Assembly (NCBI GenBank): GCA_017617355.1
Contig: JAFZWI010000023.1
Span: forward strand, 10,899 to 74,898
Length of the DNA stretch: 64,000 nt
Reading direction: 5' to 3'
Source of the DNA: Salinivirgaceae bacterium
GTDB lineage: Bacteria > Bacteroidota > Bacteroidia > Bacteroidales > SZUA-534
Part shown: piece by piece, positions 41,150 to 50,882 of the stretch
Numbering within the stretch: position 1 is the first letter of the stretch
How the letters are laid out: every line of letters starts with the position of its first letter
The notes under the pieces: model-generated
What the model was told of the DNA's origin: nothing
The model's database searches: none
What the model saw: the letters and a program-made list of their open reading frames with translations, nothing else
Made by a program: the position numbers and the translations under genes

Positions 41150-43003
41150 ATGAATTTGAAACACATACAAATAATATCAATCGTATTTGTTTTGTTTATA
41201 ACTGGTTGTGCAAAACAATCGTCACCGGTGGGCGGACCAAAAGATACCGAACCTCCAGTTGCTTTGCGAAGCTCACCTGTCAACTATTCCACAAATTTCA
41301 AAGGCAAAAAATTTATTGTCGAATTTGATGAGTTCATCGATTTGAAGAATGTAAATCAGGAACTTATTGTGTCACCACCGCTCGAAAAAAAGCCGAAGGT
41401 TTTGATGCGTGGAAAGAAAATGGTTGTTACAATAAACAACCAATTGGCCGATAGCACAACATACAACTTCAACTTTTTCAACTCGATAACCGACTTAAAC
41501 GAAGGAAATATACTTGAGAATTTTCAGTTTGAGTTTTCGACAGGCAGCTCGTTTGACTCAATATATTTGGGCGGCCGATTGTTGGGTGCTTTTGACTGCA
41601 ACCCAATCGAGAACGCATACATATTGCTTTACAGAAGTTATGACGATTCGATTCCGCGCAAGACAAAACCTGAATGTGTGGGCAAAACCAATAAAGACGG
41701 CTATTTTATAGTGCCTAATATGCGCGATGTTCCATATTACATTTTTGCGCTTAAAGATATGAATAACAACATGTTATTTGATTTACCGAATGAGGCGATA
41801 GCATTTTGCGACAGCGTTTTCCGCCCGACATTCAAACCTGCCGAGTTCACTGACACACTGCGCATTATTGAATCAATATCGAAAAACAAAAAAGACACAG
41901 TTTTCCGTGATTCAATCTATACTTATACAGTAATGGTTACTACCATTGACGATATAAAGCTGAATATGTTTACCGAAGAACATAAAATTCAGTATCTGCA
42001 TGGCATTTATCGGAAACAAGACAGACTATGTTCCATTGCTTTCAATAGTGAACTCGACGAATCGTTCTCATTCAAATTGATTTCAGATTCAACTTATAGT
42101 GAAAACTGGTATCAGATTGAGGGAGAGCAACCCACCGATTCAGTAGTGTTTTGGATAACCGATTCGACAATCTATAAGAAAGACACAATAAAAATTGCTG
42201 TAAGTTATTTAATGACAGACACAGTTGATTATGTCAGAACCGATACGCTTGATTTTATTTTCGACAGCAAGCAAGCCAATAAAGAAAAGGCCAGCAAGGA
42301 TAAAAAGAAACGAGGAAACAATTTGTTGACAAAAATAATAGGCGAAGAAAACACTGATAATGCTGACAAAGAAGAAAAAAGAAAAGAATCGGAATTGAAA
42401 ATAAACCACAATATGAAGGAAGATTTCGATTTGAATCAACCAGTAAAACTTACAATGAAATATCCTATAAAACACTATTCGGCTGAAAATGTGAAATTTG
42501 TAAGAAAGGAAGAGGAAAATGAATATAAAGTTGATTTCACAATAGAAAAAGACAGCGTCAGCGACCGGATATTTAATTTGAAATTCAGTCCCAAAGAGGC
42601 GTCAAAATATTATGTAGAAATACCAGAAGGCTCGTTTACAGATATTTACGGCAACACTAACGACACTCTTAAAACAGAGTTTTTTACACGTGGTTCCGAG
42701 TATTACAGTAGCATAATAATGAACCTAAGTGGAGTGAAAAACCCGAATTGTATTTTACAATTGCTCAATGCCAAAGAAAAAGTGCTTGAAGAACATAAAG
42801 TTACAGGCAATACAACAATCACTATCAATTATTTGTCGCCCGGAACCTACAAATGCAAACTAATTTACGATGATAATGGTAATGGAGTTTGGGATACAGG
42901 CAATTACAAAGAACGTAGACAACCTGAAAAAGTATTCTACTTTGGTAGAAATATTGAGACAAAATCAGGTTGGGATATGGAATACACTTGGATTGTTGAA
43001 TGA
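41150..43003 (+). CDS. Ig-like (Big_5) domain-containing lipoprotein
   Basis: Lipobox TGCA, P.GGPKDTEPP, FDEFI, ITDLNEGN, DDNGNGVWDTGNY...QPE. Confidence 0.85.
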   Translation: MNLKHIQIISIVFVLFITGCAKQSSPVGGPKDTEPPVALRSSPVNYSTNFKGKKFIVEFDEFIDLKNVNQELIVSPPLEKKPKVLMRGKKMVVTINNQLADSTTYNFNFFNSITDLNEGNILENFQFEFSTGSSFDSIYLGGRLLGAFDCNPIENAYILLYRSYDDSIPRKTKPECVGKTNKDGYFIVPNMRDVPYYIFALKDMNNNMLFDLPNEAIAFCDSVFRPTFKPAEFTDTLRIIESISKNKKDTVFRDSIYTYTVMVTTIDDIKLNMFTEEHKIQYLHGIYRKQDRLCSIAFNSELDESFSFKLISDSTYSENWYQIEGEQPTDSVVFWITDSTIYKKDTIKIAVSYLMTDTVDYVRTDTLDFIFDSKQANKEKASKDKKKRGNNLLTKIIGEENTDNADKEEKRKESELKINHNMKEDFDLNQPVKLTMKYPIKHYSAENVKFVRKEEENEYKVDFTIEKDSVSDRIFNLKFSPKEASKYYVEIPEGSFTDIYGNTNDTLKTEFFTRGSEYYSSIIMNLSGVKNPNCILQLLNAKEKVLEEHKVTGNTTITINYLSPGTYKCKLIYDDNGNGVWDTGNYKERRQPEKVFYFGRNIETKSGWDMEYTWIVE

Positions 43004-43803
43004 TGTGTAAAAAAGCGATAGTTTTTTTTCTGTGCCTCTTGCCGCTATTTGCTCATCCGCAGTTTAATTACAACTACGGAAAATTCAAGCCGGGAGAGTC
43101 GTTCACTCTAGATATTTATTACAACTGGGGCTTCATCTGGCTGAATGCAGGTTGGGCAAAATTCGAAATAAGAGACACATTATATAATAAAACAAAGGCG
43201 CTCCATTTGTACAGCACTGGCGCGACAAATCCGGGCTACGACTGGTTTTTCAAAGTTCGCGATACATATGAGGCTATAGTGGAACCTAACGAATACCGGC
43301 CATATTGGTTCCGATGCAACACACACGAAGGTAGTTTTTGGGATAAAGAGGAGGCCGTTTTTAATTATGCCGACAGCATAGCCATAACCAAAACTGAAAC
43401 AGCCAAAAGAGCTTACGGAATAGACACTATCAAAATAAACAGGCAAGTAACCGATTTGGTTTCAGCAATATACATCTGCAGGTCTATCGATTTCAAAAAT
43501 ATAAAAGTAAACCAGCAAGTGCCGATACCAGTGATTGTTGGAAACAAATTTTATAATCTGCATATCAGATATTTAGGAAAAGAAGATGTAACAGACCGCA
43601 ACGAAAAAACTCACACTTGTCGGAAATTTGCAGTGATGATGGTTAGCGGCACAATTTTCAACGGTGGCGAAGACCTTGTTGCCTGGGTTACTGCTGATGA
43701 CAAGTGTGTTCCGATACTTGTTCAGGCCAAAATTGCTGTTGGGTCGATAAAAGCATTTTTGTCAAAATACGAAGAAAACGCATACAAAAACGAAAAAAAA
43801 TAG
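43000..43803 (+). CDS. DUF3108 domain secreted protein
   Basis: YYNWGFIWLNAG, DWFFKVRDTY, WVTADDKCVPILVQAKIAVGSIKA. Confidence 0.85.
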   Translation: MMCKKAIVFFLCLLPLFAHPQFNYNYGKFKPGESFTLDIYYNWGFIWLNAGWAKFEIRDTLYNKTKALHLYSTGATNPGYDWFFKVRDTYEAIVEPNEYRPYWFRCNTHEGSFWDKEEAVFNYADSIAITKTETAKRAYGIDTIKINRQVTDLVSAIYICRSIDFKNIKVNQQVPIPVIVGNKFYNLHIRYLGKEDVTDRNEKTHTCRKFAVMMVSGTIFNGGEDLVAWVTADDKCVPILVQAKIAVGSIKAFLSKYEENAYKNEKK

Positions 43804-43850
43804 AAAAACCGCCAAAACATTCTATTTTTGTCATTCAAATTCTGTTGAAA

Positions 43851-44729
43851 ATGAACAAAAAAGAAAAACGAATCTCTTCGCGACAATTGCGAAGTTCTTA
43901 TATAACAACAGTTATCAGCATCTCGTTGGTGCTGTTTGTAATAGGATTGGTGGGTTTGCTGATTCTGAACGCACACAAGATTTCGCAGCATGTTAAAGAA
44001 AACATTGAATTGACTATCTTTTTGAACGACGATGTCAAAGAGGTGGAAATGATTCGATTTGAAAACATTCTAAAAACATCGGATTTTGTAAGACAAACAG
44101 CATTTGTTTCGAAAGATTCAGCTGCACGCGAGTTGACACAAGAGATAGGGGAGGATTTTGTTAGTTTCTTGGGATACAATCCATTGTCGCCGTCGATAGA
44201 AGTGAAGCTGAAAGCCGATTACGCTAACATTGACAGCATTGCTAAAATTGAGAAGAAGCTGTCCAAATATTCGTTGGTGAAAGAGGTATCATACCAAAAG
44301 TCACTGATTGAAACTATAAATCAGAATGTCAAAAGGATAAGCATTATCTTGCTTATTTTCTGTGGACTGCTGTTCATCATATCGCTTTCATTAATCAACA
44401 ACACCATACGACTGTCAGTTTATGCGCGCCGATTCCTGATAAAGACAATGGAGCTTGTTGGTGCCACACGGTCGTTTGTCCGTGCGCCGTTCATTATCAA
44501 AAGTTTGTGTCATGCACTTTACAGCATAATAATAGCTTACATTCTGCTAGGCGGTGTTATCTATATGATAAATGAGCATGTGCAAGAGCTTGAGATAATG
44601 TGCGAGCTTGATACAATTGCCATTCTTTATGCTGGCATTATGGTTGTTGGCTTCTTAATTGTCTGGATTTCAAACTTTTTCGCAGTCAACAGATATTTAC
44701 GGATGAAAGGAAACGAACTTTACGCTTAA
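43851..44729 (+). CDS. ftsX: Cell division permease FtsX
   Basis: ITTVISISLVLF, FLGYNPL, LINNTIRLSVYARRFLIKTMELVGAT; ATG at 43851 preceded by TATTTTTG. Confidence 0.92.
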   Translation: MNKKEKRISSRQLRSSYITTVISISLVLFVIGLVGLLILNAHKISQHVKENIELTIFLNDDVKEVEMIRFENILKTSDFVRQTAFVSKDSAARELTQEIGEDFVSFLGYNPLSPSIEVKLKADYANIDSIAKIEKKLSKYSLVKEVSYQKSLIETINQNVKRISIILLIFCGLLFIISLSLINNTIRLSVYARRFLIKTMELVGATRSFVRAPFIIKSLCHALYSIIIAYILLGGVIYMINEHVQELEIMCELDTIAILYAGIMVVGFLIVWISNFFAVNRYLRMKGNELYA

Positions 44730-44739
44730 AATAACAGAA

Positions 44740-44982
44740 ATGGAAGAGAATAAATCAAAAAGCGGCTTTGCCTTAAGCCAGAAAAACTATAGGTTCATAC
44801 TGATTGGCATAGCATTGATAATCTTTGGTTTTATACTTATGACAGGAGGCCGTTCAAACGACCCGCAGGTGTTCAACGAAGCAATGTTCAGCGCGCGCCG
44901 GATAATTGTGGCGCCAATCATTGTTTTAGCCGGATTCTTTTTCGAAATCTATGCCATAATGCACAAACCGGAAAAAGAGTAA
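44740..44982 (+). CDS. DUF3098 membrane protein
   Basis: NYRFILIG..GFILMTGG..FS.RRIIVAP; conserved position after ftsX. Confidence 0.85.
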   Translation: MEENKSKSGFALSQKNYRFILIGIALIIFGFILMTGGRSNDPQVFNEAMFSARRIIVAPIIVLAGFFFEIYAIMHKPEKE

Positions 44983-44994
44983 CAATTTCATTCA

Positions 44995-45720
44995 ATGATA
45001 TTTACACCCGGAAAAGAGCAATATGATTTTGAGGAAGGGCAAATCATATTGATTAACAAACCGCTGAAATGGACTTCGTTCGATGTTGTGAACAAAGTGC
45101 GTTATCTGCTTAGGAATCAGTTTGGTTACAAAAAAATAAAAGTTGGCCATTGCGGAACTTTGGACCCTTTGGCTACGGGCCTTCTGATAGTTTGCACCGG
45201 CAAATTCACCAAAAAGATAGAAGAGCTGCAGGCAAGCGTTAAAGAATATGTCGGCACATTTGTACTGGGTGCCACAACTCCTTCGTATGACCTTGAAACC
45301 GAGATAGATAATAGATATTCTACCGAAGGAATAACCGAAGAAAAAGTGAGAGAGGCGCTCAAGTCGTTCGAAGGAGAGCAAGAGCAGATTCCGCCTCTTT
45401 TTTCGGCCAAAATGGTTGACGGACAGCGAGCTTATATTGCCGCCCGTAAAGGAAAAAATGTCGAAATGAAACCTTCGCTAATCAACATTGAGAAATGTGA
45501 ACTGGTTAGCTATAATTTTCCTGAAGTAACGGCCCGGATAGTATGCAGTAAAGGCACGTATATCAGGTCGATAGCGCGCGATTTGGGTGAAAGACTAAAC
45601 TCCGGAGCGTATCTTGGCGGACTGCAGCGCACACGTATAGGTGATTTCACTTTAAATAATGCTGTTGATATTTTGGAATTTGAAAAAATTATAAAAAATT
45701 GCGCCGAATTTCGCGGATAG
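44995..45720 (+). CDS. truB: tRNA pseudouridine(55) synthase
   Basis: KPLKWTSFDVV, KVGHCGTLDPLATGLL, CSKGTYIRSIARDLG. Confidence 0.97.
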   Translation: MIFTPGKEQYDFEEGQIILINKPLKWTSFDVVNKVRYLLRNQFGYKKIKVGHCGTLDPLATGLLIVCTGKFTKKIEELQASVKEYVGTFVLGATTPSYDLETEIDNRYSTEGITEEKVREALKSFEGEQEQIPPLFSAKMVDGQRAYIAARKGKNVEMKPSLINIEKCELVSYNFPEVTARIVCSKGTYIRSIARDLGERLNSGAYLGGLQRTRIGDFTLNNAVDILEFEKIIKNCAEFRG

Positions 45721-45795
45721 GCAAACGAACTCATTTTCTTAACAATAAGAACAGAAAAACTCAGTTTATTATTCATATAAAAACATAAATTTCCA

Positions 45796-46845
45796 ATGAA
45801 ACTTTCACAATTTAACTACGATTTACCAGAGGACAGGATAGCGTTGTACCCTACTGAAAACCGTGATGAATCAAGATTGTTAGTTTTGAACCGTAAGACA
45901 GGACAGGTTGAACATAAGATTTTCAAGGAAATAATCAATTATTTCGATGACAAGGATGTGTTTGTGTTCAACAACACCAAAGTTTTTCCGGCACGTTTGT
46001 ATGGAAATAAAGAAAAAACTGGAGCAAAAATCGAAGTTTTCCTGCTTCGTGAGCTGAACCACGACCAGCGTCTTTGGGACGTTTTGGTTGACCCGGCCCG
46101 CAAAATTCGCATAGGCAACAAGCTCTATTTTGGAGAAGACGATTCGCTTGTGGCTGAAGTTATAGACAACACCACATCGCGAGGCCGTACGCTTCGCTTC
46201 TTGTTCGACGGCCCGTACGAAGAGTTCAAGAAGACGCTTTACTCGCTTGGTGAAACACCACTGCCGCGTTCAATCAAACGCCCGGTTGAGCCAGAAGACG
46301 CAATACGTTATCAGACGATATTTGCCAAACACGAAGGCGCTGTTGCCGCTCCTACAGCTGGTTTGCACTTCAGCCGCGAACTTCTGAAACGCTGCGAGAT
46401 AAAGGGCATAAAATTCGCCGAGATAACACTTCACATCGGACTTGGAAATTTCCGCTCTGTCGATGTTGAGGATTTGACAAAACATAAAATGGATTCCGAA
46501 CAGATTTTCATATCGGAGGAAGCCGCCAATATTGTCAACAAGGCAAAAGAGGAGAAACATCAGGTTTGCGCCATAAGCACAACAGTGATGCGTACACTCG
46601 AAAGCTCGGTATCGACATACGGATACCTGAAGCCTTATGAAGGCTGGACAAATAAATTCATTTTCCCGCCATACGACTTCAGCGTGGCATCATCGATGGT
46701 GTCGAACTTCCATTTGCCGCAATCGACAATGCTGATGATGGTTGCCGCTTACGCCGGCTACGACCTATTGATGGACACCTACCAACTTGCCCTTAAAGAA
46801 GGGTACAGGTTTGGTGCTTATGGAGACGCAATGCTGATTATCTGA
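45796..46845 (+). CDS. queA: S-adenosylmethionine:tRNA ribosyltransferase-isomerase
   Basis: [48 protein letters not shown]. Confidence 0.97.
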   Translation: MKLSQFNYDLPEDRIALYPTENRDESRLLVLNRKTGQVEHKIFKEIINYFDDKDVFVFNNTKVFPARLYGNKEKTGAKIEVFLLRELNHDQRLWDVLVDPARKIRIGNKLYFGEDDSLVAEVIDNTTSRGRTLRFLFDGPYEEFKKTLYSLGETPLPRSIKRPVEPEDAIRYQTIFAKHEGAVAAPTAGLHFSRELLKRCEIKGIKFAEITLHIGLGNFRSVDVEDLTKHKMDSEQIFISEEAANIVNKAKEEKHQVCAISTTVMRTLESSVSTYGYLKPYEGWTNKFIFPPYDFSVASSMVSNFHLPQSTMLMMVAAYAGYDLLMDTYQLALKEGYRFGAYGDAMLII

Positions 46846-46863
46846 TAAATAAAACTTACTATC

Positions 46864-47775
46864 GTGGACAACTTGAAAGATTTTGAATCGGCCAATGGCA
46901 ACGGAAACAAGAAATATGTTGTTATAATTGCTATAGAAACCATTTTATTAGCTGTAATGTGTGTGCTTTATTTCACCAAACAGCACACAACCACCGTGCA
47001 GCAAGTGCAAATAGTAACTGTCAGTGCTGAAAAAGACTCGCTGGCGGCACAATATCAGAATTTGTTGGCTGATTACGAGAATATCGAAACAACAAATGAT
47101 AGTATTTCGGCACAACTTGAACAACAGAAGGAGCACATCCGTGAGTTGATGACAGAACTGAAGACCACAAAATCGGAGAACAAAGCGCAGATTGCCAAAA
47201 TGAAAAAAGAGCTGAAAACCCTGCGCGATGTGATGAAAAACTTTGTGCATCAGATAGATTCGCTCAACACTCTTAACATTCAGTTGACCGAGGAGAACAC
47301 CGAAGTGAAAAAGCAGATTACAGCAGCCAAAAAAGAGAACAAGCAACTGACTCAAAAATATGAGGAGTCGCAGGCCAAAGTGGCGAAGGCTTCTGTCATT
47401 AAGGCTATCAATTCGTCGATGACAAGCTTCAACGCCAAAGGCAAACCCGCCAATAAAGCCAAGAAAATCAAACGGTTGGCTGTAAGTTTCACACTCGATG
47501 AAAACCCGATTGCACCGCGCGGCAACAAAAAAGTGTATGTCCGCATCACTTCGCCCGACGGGCTGATGCTTATCAACAAGGAGCAGGACACCTTCAAATT
47601 TGAGGATGACAAAATCACCTTCTCGGCTCTGCGCCAGGTTGATTACAAAGGCGAAAAGATTGACATGGTAATTTACTATGAGTGCGAGGAGGGAGAGCTG
47701 AAGACCGGCATCTATAAAACCGATATCTTCTGCGACGGCAACATGATTGGAACAACAGAAATCGAATTGAAGTAA
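46864..47775 (+). CDS. Membrane-anchored coiled-coil protein with C-terminal beta domain
   Basis: One N-terminal TM helix, long coiled coil (HQIDSLN), F.L.EN.IA..G.K.VYVRI..PDG. Confidence 0.75.
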   Translation: MDNLKDFESANGNGNKKYVVIIAIETILLAVMCVLYFTKQHTTTVQQVQIVTVSAEKDSLAAQYQNLLADYENIETTNDSISAQLEQQKEHIRELMTELKTTKSENKAQIAKMKKELKTLRDVMKNFVHQIDSLNTLNIQLTEENTEVKKQITAAKKENKQLTQKYEESQAKVAKASVIKAINSSMTSFNAKGKPANKAKKIKRLAVSFTLDENPIAPRGNKKVYVRITSPDGLMLINKEQDTFKFEDDKITFSALRQVDYKGEKIDMVIYYECEEGELKTGIYKTDIFCDGNMIGTTEIELK

Positions 47776-47794
47776 AACCTTAAATCCGGTTGTT

Positions 47795-48154
47795 ATGAAA
47801 TGGTTGCATAATCTATTGAAATGTTTCTCGTTTTCTGCCGTATTATTCACATTTCAAGCATGTTATGGTGACGGCTCCGATTACGACTATTTTGAAGAAA
47901 TGCGATTCATTGTTACCGACGAGTCGGGCAAATGCATTCCCGATGTTGAGGTTTTGTCAAAAACCAAAGAATCGGAAGACTGGTTTAATATAGGAATAAC
48001 CGATATAAAAGGAACCGTCTATGGATGTGATATTTACAACGAATGCGACAGTATCTGGTTCAAATTCAAGCCGAAAGACTATTACCAGGAAAAAGACACC
48101 GTTGTAAAATATACAGGGCCGGCAAAATACGTGATAAAACTCAACAAGAAGTAA
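47795..48154 (+). CDS. Putative lipoprotein partner of the radical SAM enzyme (TIGR04134-like)
   Basis: Lipobox FQAC followed by YG; VTDESG..IP carboxypeptidase-regulatory-like fold; directly upstream of the rSAM gene. Confidence 0.65.
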   Translation: MKWLHNLLKCFSFSAVLFTFQACYGDGSDYDYFEEMRFIVTDESGKCIPDVEVLSKTKESEDWFNIGITDIKGTVYGCDIYNECDSIWFKFKPKDYYQEKDTVVKYTGPAKYVIKLNKK

Positions 48155-48186
48155 TCTGTTGGTTTGCGGGCACTTAAAATTCTATT

Positions 48187-49257
48187 ATGAGAGCCGCTAT
48201 CCGCAATCTTCTGTTCCGGTTCTTCCGTTGGAACGAGACTAAAGTCCACGAACTCAATTATCTGTTTTGGGAGTGCACAACCCGTTGCAATCTGCATTGC
48301 CGTCATTGTGGCAGCGATTGTTCGGAGTCGAAAGGCGAGCCCGACATGCCGCTGGTCGATTTTATTGGTGCGCTGAAAACCATTCCTCCGAAAGAGAAAG
48401 TCAAGAAATTTCATGTTGTGCTGACGGGCGGGGAACCGTTGCTAAGGCCTGATATTGAGGAGATTGGTCGCCAACTGCGCGCCAACGGCTGTCATTGGGG
48501 AATGGTGAGCAACGGATATTTCTACACGGCCGAAAAACAGAAAAAACTACTATTGGCCGGCATGGAATCGCTGACAATCAGCCTCGACGGATTGGAAAGC
48601 TCTCACGACTGGATGCGCGGAAAAACCGGCAGTTTCAGTCATGCCATATCGGCTATCGGTCTTGCTGCCAAAGAGAAACGATTAACATTCGATGTGGTGA
48701 CATGTGTCAACAAACGCAACATTGGTGAGCTGGAGGAAATCTACAATTTACTTAGCGGCCTGGGTGTGCGGCAGTGGAGGATATTCACAATAATACCAAT
48801 AGGCCGTGCCAAAAACGAGCCCGATTTGCACCTGACCGACAGCCAATTCATTGAACTCATGGAGTTTATTAAGGAAAAACGCGAGCAGCCAAACCAACCG
48901 ATGCGGGTGACATTCAGCTGCGAGGGATATCTTGGCCGCTACGAGTGCCAAGTGCGCAACATGCCGTTTTTCTGCCATGCAGGCATCAACATTGCATCAG
49001 TTTTGATTGACGGCCGCATCTGCGCTTGCCCAAACATTGACCGTGACCGTTTTTCGCAAGGAAGCATCTACACCGACAACTTTTTCGAGGTTTGGAACAA
49101 CAGGTTTGAACCGTTCAGAAACCGCAAATGGGCCAAAAAAGGAATTTGCAAAGAGTGCAAAGCTTTCAATCTCTGCCTCGGAAACGGAATGCATAACTGG
49201 CACGGCGCATGCGACGAGGTAATCAACTGCCATTATCGGAAAACCCTCGGCAAGTAA
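48187..49257 (+). CDS. Radical SAM/SPASM protein (TIGR04133-like, rSAM/lipoprotein system)
   Basis: LFWECTTRCNLHCRHCGSDC, TGGEPL, SPASM cysteines C.AG...ICACP...CKEC....CLG.GMH. Confidence 0.9.
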   Translation: MRAAIRNLLFRFFRWNETKVHELNYLFWECTTRCNLHCRHCGSDCSESKGEPDMPLVDFIGALKTIPPKEKVKKFHVVLTGGEPLLRPDIEEIGRQLRANGCHWGMVSNGYFYTAEKQKKLLLAGMESLTISLDGLESSHDWMRGKTGSFSHAISAIGLAAKEKRLTFDVVTCVNKRNIGELEEIYNLLSGLGVRQWRIFTIIPIGRAKNEPDLHLTDSQFIELMEFIKEKREQPNQPMRVTFSCEGYLGRYECQVRNMPFFCHAGINIASVLIDGRICACPNIDRDRFSQGSIYTDNFFEVWNNRFEPFRNRKWAKKGICKECKAFNLCLGNGMHNWHGACDEVINCHYRKTLGK

Positions 49258-49325
49258 AAATCTGCGGAATAATTGGTTTACATCACCGACATTTTCTATC
49301 TTCGGCATAACAAAAACTTTGAGTT

Positions 49326-50669
49326 ATGAACGCATTTCACGCCTACGACATTCGCGGAATCTATCCCGACCAATTCAACAAAGACGATGTTTACAAAATC
49401 GGCTTTTTTATTCCTGAACTGTTCAAAACCAACAAGATACTTGTGGGCCGCGATATGCGTACATCGTCGCCGGAGATTTTTGAGTCGCTGTGCCGCGGCA
49501 TAACCGATGCGGGCGCCGATGTTTACGCCGCCGGGCTCACCACCACGCCAATGGTCTACTATGCCACCGCAAAATTCAATTTCGAAGCGTCGGTGCAGAT
49601 AACGGCCTCGCATAACTCGAAGGAATACAATGGTTTGAAGATTTCGAGGGCACAGGCGCTGCCCGTTGGCCTTGACTCGGGTTTGGGCGAACTCAAGACA
49701 ATGGTAGAGACGCGCCAAGTGGCTCCCGTGGCCAAAAAAGGAAAAATTGTTGATTTCGATTTCAAAGCCGAATACATTGATTTTCAGCGGAAATACCTTA
49801 AAAATTTGTCGAATCTAAAAATAGCTATCGATTGCTCGAACGGTATGGCATCGATGCTGATTCACGATATTTTGGGCGATGCGCCAACCTACATCTACGA
49901 CACGCTCGACGGAACCTTCCCACACCACGAGCCGAATCCGCTCATCGAGGCAAACTGCGCTGACCTTGAGGAACTTGTAAAACGTGAAAAAGCTGATGTT
50001 GGCGTCATCTACGACGGCGATGCCGACCGCGTGATGTTCATAGATGAGCAGGGTCGCTTCATCAGCCCCGACCTGATTATCGGTCTGCTGGCGCACTATT
50101 TCCTTGAGGAGAAAGGCTTGAAAGGCAATGTGTTGCAAGACATACGCACATCAAAGGCCGTGGGCGAGTACATCGAGAAATTTGGTTCAAAAATGAACAT
50201 GTGGCGAGTTGGTCGCGCTTATGCCGCACTCAAACTGCGCGAGATAGACGGCATCTACGGCGGTGAGCTGGCCGGACACTACTACTTCCGTGACTTTTAC
50301 TACTCCGATTCGGGCATAATGGCCTCGCTCATAGTGCTTGGCATTGTGTCGAACTTGAAAAAGCAGGGAAAAACATTCTCGCAAGCCATTGCCGGCATTG
50401 CAAAATATTGCAATTCAGGCGAAATCAACTTCAAAATTGAGAAGAAAAAAGAGGCCATGGACGCCGTGCGCGACTATTTCACCGGCACCGAAAAGCCAAC
50501 AGCCATGTTCGATTTCGACGGCTACCGCGTTGAGTTCCCCGACTGGTGGTTCAACATCCGCCCGTCGAACACCGAGCCTTATCTGCGACTTCTGGCCGAA
50601 GCCAAAACACAGAAGATGCTCGACGAGAAACTGAAGAAAATCAAAGAGATAATCGGCACATTCAATTAA
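49326..50669 (+). CDS. Phosphomannomutase/phosphoglucomutase
   Basis: YDIRG, ITASHN, DGDADR, GGELAGH, RPSNTEP. Confidence 0.95.
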   Translation: MNAFHAYDIRGIYPDQFNKDDVYKIGFFIPELFKTNKILVGRDMRTSSPEIFESLCRGITDAGADVYAAGLTTTPMVYYATAKFNFEASVQITASHNSKEYNGLKISRAQALPVGLDSGLGELKTMVETRQVAPVAKKGKIVDFDFKAEYIDFQRKYLKNLSNLKIAIDCSNGMASMLIHDILGDAPTYIYDTLDGTFPHHEPNPLIEANCADLEELVKREKADVGVIYDGDADRVMFIDEQGRFISPDLIIGLLAHYFLEEKGLKGNVLQDIRTSKAVGEYIEKFGSKMNMWRVGRAYAALKLREIDGIYGGELAGHYYFRDFYYSDSGIMASLIVLGIVSNLKKQGKTFSQAIAGIAKYCNSGEINFKIEKKKEAMDAVRDYFTGTEKPTAMFDFDGYRVEFPDWWFNIRPSNTEPYLRLLAEAKTQKMLDEKLKKIKEIIGTFN

Positions 50670-50882
50670 AAAAGAGAGAGTTGGAGCAAGGCTGGTTTAA
50701 TTGAATTTTGAGCGTGGACAGAAAAAAGCACGAGCAAAAAACCGTTTTATTGGCATAACTTTTGTAACAACAATCATAAAATTTTTGCAATAACATTTTG
50801 CATACCGTTTATTTCATTACTTTTGGTTGCGTGTGCAATAGACATACGCCATTGCGACAATTTATAAGAAAACAACTTAAAA

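Noticed and set aside
43704-43850. N-terminal extension of FtsX in the ORF track
   Set aside because: Overlaps the upstream DUF3108 gene; the ATG at 43851 has its own promoter motif and gives a normal length.
28000-44000. AT-rich block as a genomic island or prophage
   Set aside because: It consists of syntenic housekeeping genes, has no integrase, att or phage genes, and its boundaries are gradual.
46948-47850. 300-aa - strand ORF
   Set aside because: Antisense shadow of the coiled-coil gene.
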